A DNA stretch of 64,000 nt from Octopus sinensis (lineage: Eukaryota): positions 43,648,001 to 43,712,000 of the forward strand of contig NC_043013.1 in the NCBI RefSeq assembly GCF_006345805.1, in the 5' to 3' direction. Made by a program: the position numbers and the translations under genes. How positions within the stretch are numbered: position 1 is the first letter of the stretch; every line of letters begins with the position of its first letter. Below, piece by piece: positions 41,215 to 51,519 of the stretch. A model generated the notes under the pieces. It had not been told where the DNA came from, did not search any database, and saw only the letters and a program-made list of their open reading frames with translations.

Positions 41215-41600
41215 TATTATAACAAGATGAGAAAATAGTGAGATAATTAACAAATTATTATTTATTAATTAAAAAATTGACAAACATCTCTTACATCTGT
41301 TTCAATTGTAGACCTTCAGAAAATTTTCTTAATTAAATTAAAAATTATTTGAGAGTTGAATCTCTTCAGAGGTTAAGTATAAACAAAATAGGTGTTTAAT
41401 TCTTGCATGGTTTGTAGCCGTTTACTCTGAATAGATTCGACTTTCAAATAATTTTTAATTCAATAAAAAAATGTTTAATTTAATTAATTAATTTTCTGAA
41501 GATCTGGAACTGAAACAGCTGTAAGGGACGTTTGTCCATTTTTTAATTAATAAATAATAATTTATTAATTACCTCTCTATTTTCTCATGTTATTATAATA
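41215..41600. mobile_element. ~385-bp foldback element with ~120-bp terminal inverted repeats carrying degenerate hammerhead-like cores
   Basis: Arms are reverse complements; right arm reads CTGAAGA-tctggaact-GAAA-CAGCTGT-A (41496-41523). Confidence 0.7.
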
Positions 41601-41642
41601 TACACATATATACACATATATGTATACATATATACATATATG

Positions 41643-41684
<42 letters not shown>

Positions 41685-41810
41685 GGAGTAAACACATAAA
41701 TGTGAAACAGGGTGGAAAAAAGAGTACTCAAATACCAGTGGTAAAGTAATATGCTTTATTTAAAAGCAGCAGAAAATTCAACAAAACCTGTTACTCTGAG
41801 TTTCACTTTC

Positions 41811-41844
41811 CCGATGAACGAGAATGTGAAACTCAGAGTAACAG
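41811..41844 (+). ncRNA. Minimal type I hammerhead core lacking its 5' stem I strand, in a foldback
   Basis: CCGATGA-acg agaa tgt-GAAA-CTC A GAGT-A-acag; the 39574 copy supplies the complementary ctgt. Confidence 0.6.
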
Positions 41845-41880
41845 GTTTTGTTGAATTTTCTGCTGCTTTTTTAAATAAAG

Positions 41881-41911
<31 letters not shown>

Positions 41912-42591
41912 GTGTGTTTGTGTGTGTGTGTGCGCAGAAAGAATGATGAAAAGTAAAGAATGAACTGGTGCTGTCAAACTGCCAAAAAGTTGAACATCAT
42001 AGAATCTTTTAGTTGCTATGGAGATGGGTAAGGTTTTTGTAAATGCTAATATATAAAGCAGGTGGTGAAACTGAGGTATTTTCCCTCCGTTGTTGATATT
42101 GCTGATATTCATAGTCAACGTAATTTATTCTATTTTTATATATTTCTCTATGTTGATCACTCTTAGTCTTGCCAACTGACTAAAACATGCTTTGTAAAAG
42201 AGATCTACAACTGAAACTAAAATATGTTTATTGCTTTCACCTTATGGCTTTAAACACCTAATATCTTCCAGTCTGAATTCCCTATGTTAGGGGTCAGCAA
42301 CAAAAGGGCCATTAAGCTATTCTCTCTGAGCCTTAGACTTCTTAATTTTGGTCTTTTTTTTCTTTTACCTTTTCACTTGTTTCAGTCACTGAACTGCAGC
42401 CATGCAGGGGCATCTCCTTGAAGGGTTTGGTTGTACAAGCCAGCCCCAGTATTTATAGTTTTTAAAACACTGGTACTTGTTCTATAAGTTTCCACTACTA
42501 AGTTACAGAGATATAAACAAACCAGTACTGTTTGTCAAGCAGTGTGTGGAGGGCAAACACAAAGATATACACGCACATATACATACATGTA

Positions 42592-42631
<40 letters not shown>

Positions 42632-44334
42632 GATGATGATGATATCGAATTGAACCAGCCAGTATCCCTGGTCTGGTGGTACGTAAAGCACTATCCGACT
42701 CGTGGCCGTGGCACGTAAAATACTCCAATGCGACCGTACGACAGGCACCCTTGCCAACCCCCTTTGCTTGTGAAGACATGTTGGGGCAAGCGAAATCGAA
42801 ATCGAATTGAACCAGCCAGGATCCCTGGTCTGGTGGTACGTAAAAAGCACTATCCGACTCGTGGCCGATGCCAGCACCGCATCGACTGGCTTCCGTGCCG
42901 GTGGCACATAAAATACACCAATCTGACCGTGGCCGTTGCCAGCCCCGCCTGGCACCTGTGCAGGTGGCACGTAAAAAGCACCCACTACACTCACGGAGTG
43001 GTTGGCGTTAGGAAGGGCATCCAGCTGTAGAAACATTGCCAAATTAGACTGGAGCCTGGTGCAGCCTTCTGGCTTCCCAGAACCCCGGTCGAACCGTCCA
43101 ACCCATGCTAGCATGGAGAACGGACGTTAAACGACGATGATGATGATGATGATGATGATGATATATATATATATATATAAATTTTAATTGTAAAGGAATA
43201 AAAATTCTGGCATAACAGAGGTTCAAATTATTCTCAATGAAGAAATATATATTTTTTAAATTTAGAGATAGTAGGCCACTTCGTCTCACCATATAAAAAA
43301 GAATTTTTATTTTAAATACCTACTGTTTTATGACTTGGCTACACATATTTCATGAGGTACATACGCCAGTTCCTAAACCCCTCCGTGTTTTTCTGGAACC
43401 CTTATATCACTTTATCATCGTTCAATACTGTAAACTATATTCTAATTTTTTAAAACCCTTAAGTATGTATAAAATAGGTATGTTTAAATTAGGTTTGCTG
43501 GACCCTGCAGTACAAGCCATAATTCAGATAAAAATCCAATTAAAAAGTTACAAAAATAAAAATTACAAAAATAAAGTAAAAAATAAAAAATAAATAAACA
43601 ATAAAAATGCTAAACAAATATACGAAAAATTACAAAAACTATGTTAGTAATATCACATGATCACGTGACCAACCAGGCTATAAGATGCTGCTACACATCG
43701 CTGGTCACAATGCGTTTCGCATTGTTTTAGCCTTCAAATGACGCCACCCCGCTGGCTAAGCGAGCAGGCCAACAGAAGAAAGAGTGAGAGAAAGTTGTGG
43801 CGAAAGAGTACAGCAGGGATCGCCACCACCCCCTGCCGGAGCCTTGTGGAGCTTTAGGTGTTTTCACTCAATAAACACTCACAACGCCCGGTCTGGGAAT
43901 CGAAACCGCGATCCTACGACCGCAAGTCCACTGCCCTAACCACTGGGCCATTGCGCCTCCACATGTTAGTAATATATAGGGTTAAAAATAAAATATACTT
44001 GTGATAATATAAAATAAAATGAAAGGAATAAAAAAATGAAAGGAATGACAAAAAAATATATACAAATAAAAATAAAAGGGATGGCAATAAAAAATAAAAG
44101 GAATGGCAAGAAAAAATATGTACGAATAAAAATTAATAAACATGGAGGTAATGACGAATAAATATTTTCGAATAAAAGCTATAGTACCAATTACAAACTT
44201 CAAAATTTACAAGTGATACGAATGAGAACTTTTAAAAATTTACAAAATAAAATGAAATAAAATAAAATTAAAATAACATGATGGTAATGTAAAGAAAATA
44301 TTTTCTTTACGCTACCATCAAGATATTTTCAAGT

Positions 44335-44555
44335 TAGTAGCTGAAATGGATGCTCCGAGCGTGCAGCTGTGACTATAAGAATAGGCTAGGCAAAGTTCAG
44401 AGAGCTCCTATCTCCGCAAGCAACAGAGGGCCTCCTCTCTCAGAGTGAAAGGCAGACTGTATGATGCCTGTGTGCAAACAGCTATGCTGGATCACAGTTA
44501 AACATGGGCTGTGATGGTCAAAGACATGCGTAGGCTTGAAAGAAACCATGCCAAA
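44335..44555 (+). mobile_element. RTE-clade LINE ORF2 fragment; further RTE pieces at about 28630-28800 (-), 52000-52240 (-) and 56740-56880 (-, endonuclease N-terminus)
   Basis: AKFRELL...KGRLYDACVQTAML...TWAVMVKDMRRLERNHA; 56764 ORF ends RISTINIRMLKGRSREIVKMLEQREIDAFCIQEAR. Confidence 0.8.
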
Positions 44556-44928
44556 TCAGACCGGAGCCTGGTGCAGCCTTCCATCTTGCCACCTCTGATC
44601 AAACCGTCTAAGCCATGCCAGAATGGACAATGGACGTTAAATGATGATGATGGTGATGCTGGTGACATTGATGATGATGATGATAATGATGATGATGATG
44701 ATATTCTTTTATTCTTTTATTTTTTTTACTTGTTTCAGTCTTTTGGTGGCAGCCATGCTGGAGCACCGCCTTTAGCCAAACAAATCAACCCCAGGACTTA
44801 TTTTTTGTAAGCCTAGTACTTATGTTATCGGTCTCTTTTTCTGAACCACTAAATTATGGGGATGTAAACACACCAACATTGGTTATCAAACAATGGTGGG
44901 TGGGAGAAACACAAACACACAAACACAG

Positions 44929-44963
<35 letters not shown>

Positions 44964-45710
44964 CAACAGTCTTCTTTCAGTTTCTGACTACCAAATCCAC
45001 TCACAAGGATTTGGTCAGCCTGAGGCTATAGTAGAAGATATTTGCCCAAGACACCAAACTGTGGGACTAAACCCAAAAACCATGTGGTCGGAAAGCAAGC
45101 ATCTTACCACACAGCCACGCCTCTGCCCAAAATATAAGGAGTGGAACAAATATAATACAGACTACAATTGTTTTGTAGCAAGTTGAAGTTCATTGCATAA
45201 GTAGCAATGAAATGGGAAGAAGTGTGTAACTTATGATATGAATAAATATATTCTATTGTATATTAGCCACTTTTTGTTCTCTATACTAGCGGCATGATTA
45301 CTTCAAGCTTACTAACTTCCAACACTTGGAACCTATTATTAGATATACAAATATATAATAAAAACAAACAAATGGATTATCTGGTATTGTTACAATTTGT
45401 TTCATTCGGAGTCTTTATAGTAACATAAGCATCGTACAATTAGCCAGATTGTGTAATATGTCACATTACTCCCCAACTATATCCGGCTACCAAATAAGCA
45501 AGTCTGTAGTGACTTGACTTATCATCAGATCATCAACTATTGAAATTACTAATTAGAATTTTCAATATTTAAAAAATTGAAGGTGTGTATGTCCCCATTC
45601 TGTCAATCTTCGAGTTGTAGAATAAGGTGACAGTTGAATGCATTAATATCCTAAAGAAATCATTAAGCCTAGCACCCTCAACTGCAAAAGCCAATAGTTG
45701 CAGAACTTAC

Positions 45711-45775
45711 TTGAATACAGCAAATGGTAGGTGCCAAGCATAACATTTGACCTTTTCAAAACGCATTTAAAGACA
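45711..45775 (-). CDS. Possible upstream exon of the minus-strand gene: VFKCVLKRSNVMLGTYHLLYS
   Basis: AA/GTAAGT donor; only one frame is open; ends phase 1, compatible with the 22559 acceptor; acceptor follows a (CA)n tract and is weak. Confidence 0.3.
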
Positions 45776-45862
45776 CTGTGTGTGTGGGTGTGGGTGTGGA
45801 TGTGTGGGTGTGGTGTGTCTGTGTGTGTGCATGTGTGTGTGCGTGTGTGTGTGTGTGTGTGT

Positions 45863-45902
<40 letters not shown>

Positions 45903-47034
45903 CATGAGGGACATCTACATATTTTCTGTCAACCAAATTTACAAACAAGTCATTATTTGACTCAGGTCCAAAGCAAGAAACACTTGCCCAAGGTGCTGTA
46001 TAGTGGGACTGAACCCAAAACTATATGATTACAAAGTGAGCTGCTTAATCAGATAGCAATTCAATGCATTTGTATGCCATTGGGAAGTTGATGGCTTTTA
46101 GGTAGTTTTTTTCTGTCACAATTTATTTTGTTTTCTTACAAAATCAATAATAGAAATAGGCAGGGCTACCCGGGGATATTTTTTATAACATATGATATTA
46201 TAAAAATAGAAACGTTCTCCTATTCTTAATAATATATTTTACTGACTATATTTTACATGCAGCGGCAATACACATAAGTTTGGAATGACAACAAGATTTC
46301 TTTTTAAGATATATACATTATTTAATTTACATATTTTACAATCATGCTTGATGTTGGAAGTTTGTAAGTGTTCGCATGTTTTTGTGTCTGTGTGTTCGTT
46401 AGGCGTAAAAAAGTACTGACCAGTGAAACGACGATGGGATTTGATTCACAGTTAATGTTGTTGGTATCGGCTTGGCAACAGGTAATAACAGATGGCTTAA
46501 GGTAGTTCTTAGAAGAAACTAGAACCCAAGAACAGATAATTGATTTACCGTTTATGAGGTACTCTGTAAGAGTCCCATATCAAGATATTGCATGTCGCAG
46601 TTGAGATTAATTGAATCACTCGTTGTGTTTATCTTTCTCTTGATATGAATATACTTCCAGACATGTTACTGTAGCCGTTTTCTTCGTGGCGAGAATTTCA
46701 CCTACCCGCTATAGTTGAATCTGTAGTTGTCTCGTGTACAATCTAAATCTTCGATGTTTGTCGATTGGTTCTTGCTGCTTCTTCATTATATGTTCTGCTT
46801 GGTTATGTTCTCTAGTTATAGATATCTTGTAACCGTTTCTTCATGGTGATTTTTCACACTAACAGTATGAGAGGTATCTGTAACATCTTGTATTAATGGT
46901 GGTCGCCTGCCTCGAAACTGGAACTTGGTCGAGTATTCTCTGTGTGGTCAGAGACTTAGTTCTTAAAAGAACTAAAAGCCTAAGACGAGCTGTGTGGTCA
47001 GAGGTTTAGCTCTGAGAAGAACTAAAAACCTAAG

Positions 47035-48772
47035 CATTTCTTTATTACCCACAAGGGGTACGAAGAGGGGGACATTACAAGACGGGACATGGGGTACATA
47101 AAGTAAAATAAAATATGAAGTAAAAAATGAATATATGTAATGAGATGGAACGGCTTACGAACCCCCAACTCGCAGTTCCGTTTAAAATACAATTTTACAT
47201 TTCATATATTCCAATACAATTTTACAGTTACATATATTTCAGTTCAAAGCACAATAACTTTACAATTTTACATGTTAACATTACATACATTCCCGTTCAC
47301 AATACCATTTTACAATTAACAATTCTACATTAGACGCTCGTCCGTCATATAATCCAACAGGTCCGCCCGGTCTATAACATCTGGCAATTTATCATACCGC
47401 ACACAATGCGTCATATGCACAGCACTAAACATCCTCTTCAACTTTATATACGTCTCCTTGTCCACAATGACGCCCTTCACGTCGTCACCACACAGTTTTG
47501 GGCTCACCCTCACCCCGACCAACCCCTTCCCACCCACAAGTCTCTTCTCCACCTCTGCATTCCCGATATACATCACAACCGCCTTCAAGTCTCCTCCTGT
47601 AGGCCCTCCTCCAAACTTACACGATTCCAACTGCTCGCCCACTCCTGTCTCCCATTCCTGTTCAAACTCCGTCCCTGGCCGCTCCCTCGCCCTCTCCTTC
47701 ACCTCCCGCTCCTTGTATGCTTTCTCCCCTCTCTCCTCCGCCATCCTGCTTTTGATCTTTCTCCTTTCTCGATCTTTCGGTGGTGATTCCACCCTTGATC
47801 TCCTCCCGCCCTCCGTCCCTTCCTCCTCTGCACTCGCTCGCTCCTCCTCATTCAACTGCTCCTCCATTCGTATTTCCTCCGCTTTCGCCTCCTCCACACA
47901 CGCGTCTTTACACTCCTCCATCACAACCTCTGGTGCCTCTGTCCCTTCCCGCGGGCACACATCCCTCATGCGGCCCCTCGACCTACAACTGTAGCAGATT
48001 GGGGGTCCTCCCTCCACCACAACTCGGAGCCGTGTCCCGTCAGGGCAGACCAGCTCCTCCGGGATGCTGTACAGGTCTCACACGGTAATGTGTGCCAGAA
48101 CCCGCACCGCATATCCCCACCACCTCACCTCCGCTGACCTCTCCACCTTCAGCACTTCCACATCATCCTTGCAGTTAAACAGCACTGCTGCCAGCAACCC
48201 TTCCATATCAAATTCGGGTGAGATTCTATTGATTCTCATCCTCACCGCCCTCCTTCCGCAGTAACCTGGTAGCAAAGTCCACTTATCCGATTTCAAAAGT
48301 CTTGTTGCGCTCCTCCTTGCCTCATTTTCTGTTTCAAAATATACCACCACCGTGGCATACTTCCTTCCTCCTTTGAAAAATGTGGGTTCACCCTCAATTT
48401 CCTTCAGACACCTTTCCACTTCTACCATTTCCGCTACTTCAATTCTTTTCGACTCCACACACCACGTCCTGTACGTTATAGTACGCTTCTCTGCACCGCC
48501 TTCCTCCTCCTTGGACGGTGTGACTCTTACGCAGTCACCCTCCCTCCTCAAACTGTCGAAACACTTTTGTAAAGTCCTCCGTTCGACCACCACCTCCTCC
48601 ATCTCCAGCTCACCGGCAACCAGGCCTCTGCCCGCCGCTCGCGCGTAAGTCTGCTCTTGCATTTTCAAGAAAAAAATTATTCCACGTCCTCCAACGAACT
48701 CGAACTAACAACCTCCTCACTCGAAATAAACACACCTGAATAACTCCAAATAACTCACTCAAAGACTGGAGG
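47035..48772 (-). mobile_element. Non-autonomous ORF1-only non-LTR retroposon with 6-bp CCTAAG target-site duplication
   Basis: cctaag at 47029-47034 and 48773-48778; ~110-nt 5' UTR, one ORF, ~290-nt 3' UTR, SINE-like tail. Confidence 0.8.
47325..48662 (-). pseudogene. Non-LTR retrotransposon ORF1p (gag-like: RRM-like region, zinc knuckle, charged region), 446 codons with one in-frame TGA
   Basis: Track ORFs 48078-48668 and 47325-48020 share a frame, joined by TGA (48078-48080) and DLYSIPEELVCPDGTRLRV; knuckle CYSCRSRGRMRDVCP is CX2CX4HX4C with H to R; N-terminal TYARAA. Confidence 0.85.
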
Positions 48773-48800
48773 CCTAAGACGAATATTCTTCTGAGAAACC

Positions 48801-48859
48801 TTATTTATAGGCTTTACATGGCTCCAATGAACTTCCGAAATGGAAAGCTGTGATTGGCT
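48801..48859 (-). promoter_or_regulatory. Pol II promoter in the LTR-like element: CCAAT box (48851-48859) and TATA box (48801-48809)
   Basis: Minus strand AGCCAATCA ... TATAAATAA at about -75 and -30 from a predicted start near 48779. Confidence 0.55.
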
Positions 48860-49550
48860 GCTTGGAACTATGGCGCGAAAATAAGTCGAGACATTTTGCA
48901 CCAAGTTAAACCAGCGGTGCGAGCGTAGTAGAGACCACGTGTCAGCCAATCGAATTAGTTTTACATCAATGTTGAATAGCCAAAGCTGTTTGTAATCTCG
49001 ACCGAGGTCATTCTATATACTCTTCTCAAACAGTGAAGATAGCACTGAGAGACGATATTGCTACAATATAATATATATGTGTGGGCTATGAGAATATCTA
49101 AAAATAATATTAATAGAGGTCATTAGAACACGAATTTACTGATCTCTGGTCTGGCTACCCGGGGATATTTTTTATAACATATGATATAATATATATGTGT
49201 GGGCTATGGGAAGATCTAAAAATAATATTAATAGAGGTCATTAGAACATGAATTTACTGATCTCTGTCTATATTGTCCACAAGTTTGGATTAAATGATGC
49301 TATTGAAATTATCTCCCCTACTGGTTGCTTTTCAAATGTTCAGCACATTTAGAGGATAGCTGTGTTTGCTAATTGCTTGAATAATCTCAGGTCATTGAAG
49401 CTTTTTAGCTCACTATATTGCAAGTGTGGGATCGTGTTGCATTTAGTATGCAGTAAGCTCTCCTGCAATCTCAGTCACACTGCACTGCTTCGAACATACA
49501 GGCTGGGCTAAAAGTCATGCACCAAAACATTTGACATCTTATTTATATTA

Positions 49551-49585
<35 letters not shown>

Positions 49586-49879
49586 GTTTTTGAAAGTTGG
49601 TGAGCTGGCAGAAACGTTAGCGCACTGGCCAAAATGCTTAGCAGTCTTTCGCCTGTCACTACGTTCTGAGTTCAATTTTACTTTCATCCTTTAGGGGTCG
49701 ATAAAATAAGTACCAGTTGAACACTGGGGTTGATATAGTCAACTCATCCCCTCTGCCAAAATTGCTGCCCTTGTGGCAAAATTTGAAACCATTATTATTA
49801 TTCATTTTGGTCATCATGCACAAGCACGTGTGTATTCATCATTATTCTATTCATTTTATCAATTTTAGAATATTTATAC

Positions 49880-49976
<97 letters not shown>

Positions 49977-50212
49977 TATATACTGATAACATTTCCACTT
50001 ATTTCTTTTTCGTTGAAAAGGTCGACTATTGAAAGGGTTGCAGACACAATCAGAAAATTTTAGGAAAATAAAAAAAGAAATAAGTGGAAATTTTACTGGT
50101 AAGTGTGTTAAATAATAAGGCACCAAAAGAGAATGACTCTCCCCAGACACAACAGAATATGCTTCAACACACAAACTCACATAAAGAATCTTGCAAACCA
50201 AATCCAAAACAA

Positions 50213-50248
<36 letters not shown>

Positions 50249-50283
50249 GTAAATATTATATGTGACAATTATTCGGTAGCCAT

Positions 50284-50344
50284 GATAAAACTCCGAGTTT
50301 CGGATGTCAGGGTGGAAACCCATGCCGCCATTTCTTCAGTTATC
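50284..50344 (-). ncRNA. Minimal type I hammerhead ribozyme motif (left arm)
   Basis: gataa-CTGAAGA-stem II-GAAA-CTC G GAGT-T-ttatc; 5-bp stem I is complementary. Confidence 0.7.
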
Positions 50345-50496
50345 CAGCCATCGAAAAGATACTATGAAAATGACCCCTGATTATTCTATGAAAGACATAC
50401 CTATACCATAAAGGGAACTATACTCTAAGAAACTTTTGGAGAAAATTACAGGCTTTATTAAACGGGATCATTTTCATAGCATTTTTCTGATGGCCG

Positions 50497-50557
50497 GATA
50501 ACTGAAGAGATGGTGGCGTGGGTTTCCGTCCTGACATCTGAAACTCGGAGTTTTATC
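50497..50557 (+). ncRNA. Minimal type I hammerhead ribozyme motif (right arm)
   Basis: gataa-CTGAAGA-gatg...catct-GAAA-CTC G GAGT-T-ttatc. Confidence 0.7.
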
Positions 50558-51010
50558 ATGGCTACCGAATAATTGTCAGATATTATATTTACAGATAAAT
50601 CCCTCTATTTACATAATATAGAGGACTCTTTCATTTTTTTGTTGTCTTACCATTTTTATCAATCAATCAACATATATATATATATATATATATACATCAC
50701 ACCCGGTGCTCAACTGATATTTATTTTATCAATCCCAATAGGATGAAAGGCAAAGTTAACCTCAATGGAATTTGAACTCAGAATGTAACACCAGAGAAAA
50801 AGCTGCTAACATTTTCCCCCAAGCATGCTAACAACTCTCCCAGCTCAACACCTTAATATGCAATACATATCAAATGAGTTCTAATCTTCACTTTTGGTCC
50901 ACCTTCTACAAACCTTTTTCAGAATGCTGAATAACTTCTATTGCTCCACCCCTCATCACTATTATTTATATATCTATTACTCATACTTTTCCCTTAGTAA
51001 AGAGGTTGAC

Positions 51011-51436
51011 AAGTGAGTAGAAATAAGGTAGTGAGCTGGCAGAAACATTAGCATGCTGAGCGAAATGCTTAGTGGTATTTCGTCTAACGTTATGTTCCGA
51101 GTTCAAATTCCGCCGAGGTCGACTTTGCCTTTCATCCTTTCGGGGTCGATTAAATAAGTACCAGTTACACACTGGGGTCAATATAATCGACTTAATCCAT
51201 TTGTCTGTCCTTGTTTGTCCTCTCTGTGTTTAGCCCCTTGTGGGTAGTAAAGAAATAGGTATTTCGTCTGCCGTTATGTTCTGAGTTCAAATTCCACTGA
51301 GGTCGACTTTATCTATCATCCTTTCGGGATCGATAAATTAATCGACTTAATCCCTTTGTCTTTCCTTGTTTGTCCCCTCTGTGTTTAGCCCCTTGTGAGC
51401 AATAAAGAAATAAGAAATAAGTGAGTAGAGATAAGG
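51011..51436 (+). mobile_element. Composite SINE (one full and two partial units) in one 18-bp target-site duplication
   Basis: aagtgagtagaaataagg at 51011-51028 and aagtgagtagagataagg at 51419-51436. Confidence 0.8.
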
Positions 51437-51519
51437 TTTTGTAAGGTCCCAGGTCCCTTAGCTATGTTGAGTACATGACTACTTCTCCATTGATAGACTG
51501 GGTAGGTTCTCTCCAGCAC

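Larger units (their letters stand above)
46199..49065 (-). mobile_element. Solo-LTR-like element (~1.12 kb without the nested insert) with 4-bp ATAT target-site duplication
   Basis: ATAT at 46195-46198 and 49066-49069; empty-site copy at 49153-49266; minus strand starts TGTAG and ends TATA (possibly TACA); CCAAT, TATA and ATTAAA in the expected order. Confidence 0.65.
50245..50596. mobile_element. ~350-bp foldback element whose two inverted arms each contain a hammerhead motif
   Basis: ~130-bp arms are reverse complements; see the two ncRNA entries. Confidence 0.8.

Noticed and set aside
47029-47034. TSD CTTAGG as evidence of telomeric-repeat targeting
   Set aside because: Single occurrence, no telomeric array nearby, and it is part of the LTR-like element's own repeat unit
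47956-47990. Zinc-knuckle CAC-to-CGC change as an imprint of A-to-I editing before retrotransposition
   Set aside because: A single A-to-G change is equally explained by ordinary mutation; would need an excess of A-to-G relative to the family consensus
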